Shown here: positions 26,701-38,700 of the stretch, in pieces | Numbering within the stretch: position 1 is the stretch's first letter | How the letters are laid out: each line of letters opens with the position of its first letter | Source: Haliotis rufescens | Lineage: Eukaryota | Direction of reading: 5' to 3' | NCBI RefSeq assembly: GCF_023055435.1 | Contig: NW_025963835.1 | Location: 2,790,001 to 2,854,000, forward strand | Length of the DNA: 64,000 nucleotides | Notes under the pieces: generated by a model | What the model was told of the DNA's origin: nothing | Seen by the model: only the letters and a program-made list of their open reading frames with translations | Database searches by the model: none | Made by a program: the position numbers and the translations under genes

Positions 26701-29700
26701 AATAGGTACATCAAGCTAGCTGCATTCAACACACGAAATCAGCATTGGGGAAAGAGTGAGTGATTAGCTCTGAACAGTATTTCAGATATTTTATGATGTG
26801 AAAAAAGTCTGGTCACGTGATTTTATTTTAGCTTGTCATCACTGAGCCAGAGTATGCAGAATGTAGACAAAAAACATTCAATCAAAGTTGTTTAAATAAA
26901 TATTGATCAGCTGATTATGATGAATCCTTCATTAGACTGGGCAGTCAATGTTCGCTCCACCTGGAGGTGTCTTCAGATCTTCAAGCAGAGAGGTATCATA
27001 CAAGAGTTAATGAGATTTTATGAGATTACCCCATTCAGTCATATAAACTCACTGTCTTCTACATCTAGGGGCCACTGTGCGGATTTGATCAGCTTGGGTC
27101 GGGTCTTCTTTGATGGAGGTTCTTCATCACTGTCATCAGACTTGTTGTTGTCGGCAGTGATGCTGAAAGTTGGGACAAATACAGTATCTTATTCTTGGGT
27201 AACTCTTTGTAAAATTTGTCATTATATATTGTTCATCAGAATGTTTGGACATTTCTCTTTGAAGTGGGTGGGTTGAGTGGTTGAGTGAGTGAGTGAGGTT
27301 TTACGCCGCTTTTAGCAATATTCCAGCAATATCACGGCGGGGGGACACAAGAAAAGATGGGCTTCACACATTGTACCCATGTCGAGAATCGAACCCGGGT
27401 CTTCGGCGTGACGAGCAAACGCTTTAACCACTAGGCTACCCAACCGCCCCTCATTTCTCTTTGAAAAGAATCACAAAAGAAACAATCGATCCAGCTTGGA
27501 TCATCACTATCAATGTTGAGGACCCCATTTCTCAAAGCTATTTTGGTGCTACAACTGCCATAAGTATTACATACTCACTTTGTGATTTAACCAATCCCTG
27601 TTTTAAGCAGGCAGCTAGCAAGAGCTGGCACAGAACATTGCATGTGTTAGTAGCAGCTGTATTGGATTTTACAAGCTGACTGACCTTTTATACCACGAGA
27701 CCACAAATCGAGGGAATACACATACTGTATGATACATTCACCTGGTGAAGTCCTGTCCAGCCTGCTATTGACACATACATCAAATTTATCACAACAAATT
27801 CACCCATTACAATAAATTATTGTCAGTGATTTTTTTGGTCTGACAAAAAGATCAATCTTGAGACAACCATCCAATGCTTAGTACAGTAACATACAGTGCA
27901 TACAGGGTGACGTATAACATTGCGATGTCTGTGACATCTGTACAGACTGGCCATCAGACAGTATGATATTGTGATATCTGTAAAGGTCGACCTCAGACAG
28001 TATGACATCATGTCTGTACTGGATTTGGTTGGTTTGTTGTTTAACGCCGCACTCAGCAATATTTCAGCTATATGACAGCAGTCTGTAAATAATCGAGTCT
28101 GGACCAGACAATCCAGTGATAGATATCATAAGCATCGACCCACGCAATTGGGATCGATGACATACTTCAACCAAGTCAGCGAGCATGACCACCCGATCCC
28201 GTTAGTCGCCTCTTACGACAAGCATAGTCGCCTTTTACGGCAAGAATGGGTTGCTGAAGACCTATTCTACCCCGGATCTTCACAGGTCTATATCTGTACT
28301 GGAAGGCCAACAGACATGTATGTGTTTTTACAAGATGGCAGCCAGCCAATCAGATAGCTAGACACTTTATCAAGTAATGATAAATACCTTTTCACATTAC
28401 TTGTACAAGACACAGGAAGACGAAGTAGAACGGATGTTCCGCGGAACTTGAGCTGTCCGACGGCGATGAGGAACTCAGCTAGGGGCAACTTGTCCACTGT
28501 GTCAGCACCAAACAACCTGGAATCAAGCCCAACATCACTCTTCACACTATCTCTACAATCAATGCTTTCTTCCCTTACAGTAAACTACGGAGTGAGTGAG
28601 TGAGTGAGTTGGGTTAAACGCCGCTTTTAACAGTATTACAGTTATTTCGCGGCGTATCAGCTTCATGTGGGAGGAAAGCCTGAAGTGATGCTGGTCTCAG
28701 ACGTTTACCACTTCGGTGAAACCAACGAGCATGGGTATGGTGCTGACAAACCTAGAAACATAATCGGGGCGAACCAGGATTCGAACCCACAATCATAGGT
28801 TTCTGGCATGCCCAAGAGACGCAATTCTGCACAGCAAATCGCGGCGCCTTAGACAACTTGGCCACCCGTGCCCCCCATAAACTACGGATATAAGGAACTC
28901 AAAGGGAGCTATAATTCTAGTTTGTTATAACCCTAGTTCGTAATAAGCATGTATACAGCATGCATATATATAAGCATGTATACAGCATGCATATATATAT
29001 ATAAATGCATGGTGTATACATGCTTATTATGAACTAGGGTTATAACCATGATAACAAACTAGAATTATATATACAGTTCCCGGGACCAAAAACGTTCATT
29101 ATAAGCGTGTTCATTATAAACATAGTTTTCTGTACAAAGCATATAACAAAACCCTGAGAACAAACACTTTACAGTTTTCATGAAATGCAATACTGACAGA
29201 TTTTTCAACGCAATGCCTAATCCAAAGGCATGCCAATAATATGACATGATCTTCTTGTCTGGGCATAATCTGGTGTGTTTTAGGTGACAGTTAGCAGGGT
29301 GTTATGGTATGTATGCATACATATTAACAATGCACGTACATAAGGAAGCAAAAACATATGGCTGTTTAAATCATTATATTTATAGAAGTTAAGGTTTCAT
29401 GTTACATGCCAGTGACATTTCCATCCTTGTAAGGAGGTGAGGTGAAATAGGGTTTAACGTCGCGTATCAGATTATTGCACTTATATAGCAACGTGCAAGT
29501 ACGTGTGTGTGTGGCCGCTTGTGCTAGTCCGAACTGATGCCGATTTATAGTGCTAGCTCACTGAGATACCATGCCGCACTTTAACATGAATACCCCACTC
29601 AGACACAGTATACTGACTCCGACCCGACCAGTCCTTGTTTTAGCCCCTTAATGCCGAGCGCCAGACAGGGTAACAACAAGTACCATCTTTTAACGTCTTT

Positions 29701-32700
29701 TGGTATGACGCGACCGGGGATCGAACCCCGGACCTTCCGCTCTCCGGGTGGACGCTCTACCACTAGACCACGGAGGCGGTCCCATCCTTGTAAGGAAGAC
29801 ACTCAAAGTTCAGGGTATCAGTGGCGGATTTTCTTCACCCTAACATAGATCCCCATCTATAATAGGCTTAAACACTGTTATGTGCAATGATATGACATCC
29901 ACTAATTCTTGGAAATCAAGAGAAGAGCACATGTACCCCTGGTACCCCTATGTACATGGCAAAGACTCTCAGAAGTTACAGCGAGTGCCCTTGACCACAA
30001 AGCAGCCCAAGCTATGTAATGTCATAACAATATATTTACCCTCTTTTAGAAAAGAGAAATCATTCTGTAAATACAGCATTTTTGTTCTGTGTTTGTATTG
30101 TCAGATGAACATGATGAACTAACTTTGCACTATTGGTAGCATCCTCCATGACTGATTCCTCGTCAACAGGGAGGCCCTTCAGGTGTCGCACATCTTTAAC
30201 AAGATCTCTGAAAGTAAACATGTGAAGAATTAACAACAGACTCTGCAACATATTGACGTGGTTTCTTACTCCTAGAAGAGACTAAAATTCAGCTAAAACT
30301 CCCAGATGAGCAAACTATGCAATAAATGGAACCCAAATCTCCTGATGTCAGTTGTTTGCATGCTGCACATGGTCTTTCTCTCATCGAATTTGTTTTATAC
30401 ACGACTACTGTATTGTTTCTGATATTTCTGGCTCTTAGATGGTTCATAAGTTATCACTAGCATTGGGTACAAAGGACCTACAACAAGCATCGGGTGGTCG
30501 TCAATGACAACCTACAGGCATAGGGTGCTGATGACCTATAACAGACATTGGGCGCTAATGACCTACAACAAGCATCAGGTGCTGACGACCTACAAGCATC
30601 AGGTGCTACAACAAGCATTGGGTGCTGATGACCTACAACAAGCCCTTGTGCTGCATCCTACAACAAACACTGGGTGCTGATGACCTACAACAAGCATTGG
30701 GTGCTGATGACCTACAAGAATAAGGTGCTGACGACCTACAACAAGTATCTGGTGCTGACGGCCTACAACAAGTATCGGGTGCTGACGACCTACAAGCATT
30801 GGGTGCTGAGGACCTACAAGCATAAGGTGCTGAGGACCTACAACCATAAGGTGCTGAGGACCTACAACAAGTATCTGGTGCTGAGGACCTACAACAATTA
30901 TCGGGTGCTGACGACCTACAACAAGTATCGGGTGCTGAGGACCTACAAGCATTGGGTGCTGAGGACCTACAAGCATTGGGTGCTGAGGACCTACAAGCAT
31001 TGGGTGCTGAGGACCTACAAGCATAAGGTGCTGATGACCTACAAGAATAAGGTGCTGAGGACCTACAACAAGTTTCTGGTGCTGAGGACCTACAACAAGT
31101 ATCTGGTGCTGAGGACCTACAACAAGTATCTGGTGCTGAGGACCTACAAGAATAAGGTGCTGATGACCTACAAGAATAAGGTGCTGAGGACCTACAACAA
31201 GTATCTGGTGCTGAGGACCTACAACAAGTATCTGGTGCTGAGGACCTACAACAAGTATCTGGTGCTGAGGACCTACAAGAATAAGGTGCTGGTGACCTAC
31301 AAGAATAAGGTGCTGATGACCTACAAGAAGTATCTGGTACTGACGACCTACAACAAGCACTGGGTGCTGACAACCTACAACAAGTATCAGGTGCTGATGA
31401 CCTACAGAAAGTAATGGGGTACCAGGAAAATACAAATAGCACAGTGTACTGAGGACCTATCCTGCCTGGAATCCCAGGGTTTACTCACCTGAACTCATCA
31501 AACTGCAGGAAGTTGTCACTGTTGGCATCATAGTATCTGAAGATGTATCTACAACGGGCCTCAGCCGGCATGCCACCATGCTGTGTGCACGGCTCCATAC
31601 ATGCCAGCCCCAACAAGAGCTCCTTGAACGTCAGGTAGTTCTTCTTGTGGATGTCAAATGCTCTGCGAAGATATAGTATTACCATCACACGTTATGAAAC
31701 AACTATCTGTTGGGACAGAGGCTGCTACAAACAAGTTGTATTGTAGAAGACCAGGTATTTATCTATTTTTTTGAAAAAAGTACCCATTGAACCAAACAAA
31801 AACAAAAATTTGAAATTGAGGATATTTTTTATATGATTATAGCATTGCATTTAATCCAATAACTTAAAATTACGACTTTTTCTCTTTCTTTGTTCCATTA
31901 TCAGCAACTACAAGCCAGTTTTACATGGCTGAAACAATACTGGAGTTAAATTAAGCCTCTTGGACGAACGTTGACTGTTTGCAGTTTCCAACATGACCAA
32001 CTGAAGAATGAATTAACTAAATTTGTAATCAATCATTTTCAAATAATATAAGTTCACTTTAATCATGTTAATGAATTTATGGGGGGTGGAAATGAATTAA
32101 GTATAACATGTATTAAAACACAAGAGTCAGTCAAGACAAAGTTTCAAGGCCTGTTGCAAAGTGCCCTAGTAGATTTGGTATTTGTGTTGCAGAATAATAC
32201 ATGACATAGTAACAAATGATTTAGTACATTTCACAGTTTGGCTATTTTATCAATTGTTATTTACACATGGTGAATACAGAGGAAATGTCGTATGATTGAT
32301 CCTAAATCGATCATTGATTTCTTTTTCAAACCAATCATCAATTCTTAAATCTTAACACTATCAGGCTGAGTGAGTGAGTGAGTTGGGTTTATCAGAGCTT
32401 TGAGCAGTATTTCAGTAATAATTCATTTAAGTATGCCAAACCCTCAAACTCTACATGAAACAATGGTGCACAGCAAAGCGCTGGGGCTACAGCCTGCTAA
32501 ATCTGTGAAGAGCTACCTGAACAGTGGCAGAGGCTTGCCTCCCTTCACTCCTTTAGTGGTGATGTACCTCTCAAACGTCATGAAGTTCATTGAATGGCTT
32601 GGGTGACAGAAGTCGATGAACTCTTCAAACAGCATGTCTTGTTCTGTAATTTAGATAGTAAAAGATCACTAACACGCTCAGTAATGTGTAGACAACAGTA

Positions 32701-35700
32701 GATAACTTACACGCTCCATAACGTCTAATAACGATCGAGAAATTTAACTTTGGTAAATCAAATGGGTCCAGGGTACTTATCATAACACATTGCAGATGTA
32801 GCACACTGGAGTATCGAGGATGAGCATACACTTCACACAGACCTTTCTTGGCTAGCTTGGCCGACTTGACCAGAGTCTCCTGTGGCGTGAGTGACGAGCC
32901 ATTCCCTCCGTCAACATACTCCACACCACTCTCCACCAAGCTCCCTACAGGGCAGCTATCTGAAATAGGGAAATGATTCTGTTAACATTTATTTTTGTGT
33001 TATTTTGTAAACCATGGAATTCTCATTTAAACAGTCTGTGCCAAAAATTGTTGTGTCAGCTAGCCAGAACGTATCTCTTGGCAACACTATCACCCTATTT
33101 CATTACTAACATATCTAGACCCGTGAAGATCCGGGATAGAATAGGTCTTCACTCTTCAGCAACCCATGCTTGACATAAAAGGGGACTATGCTTTTCATAA
33201 AAGGCGACCAAAGGGATCGGATGGTCAGGTTCGCTGACTTGGTTGATGCATGACATCGTATCCCAATTGCGTGGATCGCTGCTCATGATGTCAATCACTG
33301 GATTGTCTCGATTATTTACAGAACGCCATCATATAGCTGAAATATTACTGAATGCGGCGTTAAACAACAAAGAAAGAAAGAAACAATTATTACCTGAGTT
33401 TCAAAACAGAAAGGATATTACAGGAGTTGGATATTGTGACTAACAGATAAAATTGCAGACTGTATCTATGGTTGATAAATGCTTACAAAGATGATAGTGT
33501 GTGAGTGGCAGAAATACAGGTCTGCAGCTACATCTTGACTTGAACAGTTGACATGGTCTCGCACATTCACATTACAGAAGAGATCAGGGATTTATCTAGC
33601 CCTCTTCAGCAAATGACAACCAATTCCCAATTGGAATTAATAATTTCCCAAGTCTTCAGATTTTTTTTAAATGGGAACATTAAAAAATAAAAAAATTTGA
33701 ACGATATCACACTTTTTTCCCATTTTGCCTGACAAGGGCACTTTGTCTGAAATCCTAGATAACTCCTGAGAGGTGTCAAGACATGCCTCCTGACATATCA
33801 TTAAATATTGTCATACTTCAATTCCAGTATGATACTTATTGAGAAACAATGTTATTGCATTCAGGCTTACGTGAGGCAGTACAACACTATCAACAAGTTT
33901 GTGTTTAAGTCATATGGTTAATGTAGGCTCCTTCTAACATGCACAATGATACAGAACAGTATCCAATTTTTAACATTTCTCCACGACCCCAATTTTATAG
34001 CTTTGGACCACCATATTTAATCGGGGACCCCAACTAACTTGGACCACCAAAATAAATAACCCAGGTTACTCCCTGAATAATCATGATAATATTTCAACAA
34101 AATGTGCCATGTCCTGAAAATCAATCTCTCACCTTCTTTGAGTTGCTGAATGAGCCGGAGTGGTTCAAATCCTAAAATCCCGGGCTCGACCCCTGGCGCC
34201 ATCTGCTCCTCCATGTCCCTCTCTGATAACCATACTGAGGTGTCTGGATACTGAAAATACAACAAAATATATGTTTCAACAGAAGATACAGAATACAGAC
34301 CATCTAACATCCTTAAGAGAATAATTGGTTGTCACTGGTGTTCTAATTAATTGATTTCATCATACATTGATTGGTTCATTGAAAGAAATTATAAAATCTG
34401 TGATCATCAGCTGATCATTGATTATTTTCATATGATATCAGTTCAGTTAATGAATCTGTTGGGGCTAAATAAATAAAGCCTCACATGACTGACAATGGAT
34501 GACAAATATGGTCATAAGGCATGTAGTTGATCATGTTGCCGAGTCATTGAGTAAAGTAAGCCATCATTTATTAATGTTGCTGCTTCGTATATTGTTTTCT
34601 ACATCATGTACATGAGCGAATGAGTGTTATGGTTTTACTCCACTTTAAGCAATATTCCAGCAATATCACGGCGGGGACACCAGAAATGGGCTTCACACAT
34701 TGTACCCATGTCGGGAATCGAACCCGGGTCTTCGGCGTGACGAGCTAACGCTTCAAGTACTCGGCTAACCGACCACCCTTTCATGTACATGATGAAGAAT
34801 ATAAACAAATGATAGAGCGAAAGTGGTCCAATTGTTTCTATTCATATTCTCATTCATGATTTTTTATCACAGAAATCCAAACATGGAGGATGCAATAAAA
34901 ATGTATCACCAGGGGCAGAAACTAACATTTTTAGTCTACTAGTCCTTATAATGATAACAAGTAGCAAAAGCCTTATAAAGGGCAAACTTCTACTAGTCCT
35001 TATGATACCTTAACCATTGGGCAGTTTGACGACGGCTACAGGACTAGTGCCAATTTCTAACGCTTATCACGTATCTCCAACATATGACCAGAGCTTCAGA
35101 TCGGTTCTTTTTCTTGGGGGGGGGGGCACGGGTGGCCCAGTCGTCTAAGGCGCTGCAATTCGTTGTGCAGAGTTGCGTCCCTTGGGCACGCCAGAAACCT
35201 ATGATTGTGGATTCTGGTTCCCGGTTCGCCCCGATTATGTTTCTAGATTTGTCAGCACCATACCCATGCTCGTGGGTTTCACCGAAGTGGTAAACATCTG
35301 GGACCTGCATCACTTCGGGCTTTCCTCCCACATTAAGCTGACACGCCATGATATAACTGGAATACTGTTAAAAGCGGTGTTAAACCCAACTCACTCACTC
35401 ACTCACTCATTTTCTTGGACACTGACCATCATCCAAAATATCCTGAAGGTTATTTTCAATTTTGTTATAATGTAGAAGAATGTCATATAAAAAAATGTGA
35501 TAAAAGAATGGAACTTTCCTATTGCTACCTGTCTCGAGCAAGAACACTCCATGATATACATGATGTATCTGTAGTAAACGCATTCAGAATTTCAATCGTA
35601 TCTGACCAAATTCCATATGTTCTGCTAACCTGGTCTATGCTTGTGAGGGGTGATGTAAGAAAGATGACATGTGTAGATGATGGTCGGTGAGAGAATCTTG

Positions 35701-38700
35701 TGATGTTGGTGCGTAATACGCCTTTCAAAGCAATCCTTTGTCCACATACCTGAAACAGACAAAACCATCAAGGAGTACTATGATTACCTAAACAAGAACT
35801 TTCTGTAATTCAACATTATACAGAATGTCTCATTCCCCATGTTATCGAACCATTGATAATACATACTTTTCTGATTCCTAATTTAACGTAAGTGTGCTAG
35901 TCAAGTAGGAGTTTTGACAGTTCCAATTTTACCAATACCAACTCTGTAGCAGATAATATTTGCAGATTAGTGAGAAAAGAATCAAAATTCTAAACCTGCT
36001 TTTACATTCATAAATTTTAAAACAATGTATGATCAAGGATATATCATCAAAACTATACTGAAATCGTTCACTGTACAGAGTGGTGTATGCATGATTCCAA
36101 TTCATCCCTTATAAGCAGGGCCAGACACAACACAAGATTGCAAGGTGCATGTAAATTCTAACACTGCACTCAGATTCCTGGGTGTTTTGACGTTTATTTG
36201 ACATGCGCGAAAAGACGGTAACTCTTCCTCAAAGGGGATTAATTCTTTATTGGCCCCTTTGCCTTCAGTTTTCAGTGATGCCTTCAAATTACAAGGTATG
36301 TTATTATCACACTTAAATCACCATGCTCCTTGTAATCACAAGGATAGGGAGGCAAGCTATGGAGTATTTTCAAAATGGCAGCAATATGACGAATGCTAGA
36401 CAACTTTCAGACACATTTTCTCTGATAATTGCAATAACCTTTGAAAGAGCATAAATGGAAAGTGTTCTACATTCATCTCTTGTGTTACTTCTTGTGTAGC
36501 AGGGCTTGGAGTCATCCCACAGATGACATCCTTACCTTGTCAGCTTGCTGATGAGGTTAACCTCTTTGGTCATGTGGATAAGGCGTCCAACCTCGGATCA
36601 GAAGGTCCGTGGTTCGAATCCCATCACGGGTCTCGGAAATTTTATGGCCGCTACACTTGCATTAAACATGTTTAACATTCTCCCATTTAAAAAATGGACC
36701 GTACATTGAAGTTTGAATATGGCAGCCGGTGACCTGATTCAATGGTGAGCTGATGATTTGTTTGGTTTATCGGGATCCTCTGATATCATATTGCAATGGA
36801 TTGTAAACTAAATTTGCTAAAAACAAAATATTGCTATATATAAACAAGGTGTTACATTATGATTAGGTTCCAAGCCTGTGGCAAATCGTAACGATAAAAG
36901 AGTGTAGTAGTTGATCTGACAAACACCTAGTAATTTGAGTGTGGCACTGGAATTTACGTACCCCTTGAAATCCGGACCTGATAAGCGCCCTTTGAGGATT
37001 AATGTTTGGATCAAGATTAGAAGAGATATGGACATTATCGACCTCAAAGGGACAGTACGTCAACGGTTCTCTGTCTTTTTAAATCATACATACATGATAT
37101 AATTTCCGAGTATGACACAACATGCTCGATTCTGTTCCTAAACCAAAAGAATAGAGCTCTGCACAGTGAAGCCAACAATGCAAGCGCTGCACAGAGAAAG
37201 CTGGCTTCAGTCTTTCTTTTTTTAGGGACAAATTGGAGAGAAAGCTTGTGTTTTTTTTTAGTTGAGTTACAAAATACTTATTGCCGGGTTTGATTAGATT
37301 AGAAGCCAGTGTTTTTCAAAGCAGAGATTTGGCCAGGTATTTGGCCTCCCTGACTACCAAAAAGATTGCTTACACACCAAAGATAAGAGTACAAGCAAGT
37401 ATTGTGATACATATGGGACCGTGACCAAGGTATGGTGATATGTATAGGATCGCACAGTTGGCGTATCGTCCCAGCCCACGTCCAGTCATGGAATTCCTAT
37501 GTAGAGCTAGCGATATGGTCACTTTGATGGGTAACACTATACTGCATCTCACTGTCACAGTAGTTAAAGTATATCTATCATTCGAACAGCCGTATTTGAT
37601 ATTGATTTGACGTTATAAAGAGAGGTGTGACATCATCAAAGCTGCCCCCTTCAGAGTGCACACGTTCAGGCCTGTCAACATTGGGTTACACTGTACACCT
37701 GTCAGAACATTCCATCCTCATTCAGAATATTGGTACCCGTGTCATGATGAAAAGAATGTGAGGTGAGGTGAAATGGGGTTTAACGTCGCGTCCAAGATTA
37801 TTGCACTTATATAGTGACGTGCATGTACGTGTGTGTGTTTGTGAGGCTTACCATTAGACCACGGAGGCGGAAGAGTAAAATAGTGTGAACACTATAATTT
37901 GACAAACATTCATATTTTGTGAATAGGTTTCAAACTTTCAACTACTGTTTGAGTTTTAATGCCGACCTGCAAGAATTATGTTAAGAAATGTGTGCAAAAA
38001 CATGTCTGTTCATTCATGGAAACCCCGCTAAAGTACGGAACCATTCAGGGGTTTGACAATAGGTGACGTCATTCGAGTGCAGTGGAAGTTCACAGACGAG
38101 GTAATGGAGGTCACGCCTTTTATCGAGGATTTGTTTTCTTTAGAATGTGGCTGAATTGTATTGCTGAAGTCATTACCTACTGGTATGAAGCAGAATTTGA
38201 GTTTTGATTCACTCATCTCTCGAAATAGCAGAAACAGAATAAAGCGAAAAGAGCCAAGTAAGCTTGAGGGTTATTGGCTACTGTTTATAAACAATGCTTC
38301 TGAACGGTCAACGTCCTGACGCATTAAGAATATGAAAACATTGTAAATAACAGATCTACAGGAAAATAAACTGCAGACACCTTTTTTACACAAAGTTTCC
38401 AAGAAACATTCCTTAAAATGAAGTCATGATTCAAGTTTTGAAGATGACACTGAATCGGTTTACTTCCTTGAAATTGTTTCTTTGATGTTTTGTGATAAAC
38501 CTAAGAAATACATTTCAATATAAACAAATACCAGTAATGGACAAGTAAAATTAATCTTTTTTTCAGTGTAACATGTAAGCGTCAGTATAGCGTGTGCATT
38601 TCATGCAGACGATCTTTTGTTGTGAGTCATGAAAGCGTACCTCTTCAGCCAAGTGCAGAGCAACGGATTTCAGAGTTTCCTTTTTGTGCCTCTCAGTTGT

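Noticed and set aside
27370-27450. tRNA genes at SINE heads (also ~29715-29780, 35125-35230, 42445-42510)
   Set aside because: A/B boxes are present but the cloverleafs are incomplete and are followed by SINE bodies and tails.
27742-27764. Possible minus-strand micro-exon ending CAG|gtgaa
   Set aside because: A length of 20 or 23 nt would break the frame between exons 8 and 9.
30599-31442. 246-278 aa ORFs resembling Cys-rich or keratin-associated proteins
   Set aside because: Minisatellite inside phosphatase intron 6; not needed for the phase-consistent gene model.
35529-35629. Longer version of exon 2 using the donor at 35529
   Set aside because: Gives phase 2, incompatible with the phase-0 start of exon 3.
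36558-36630. Functional tRNA-Arg gene
   Set aside because: No paired acceptor stem; embedded in an LTR-like unit with TSD.
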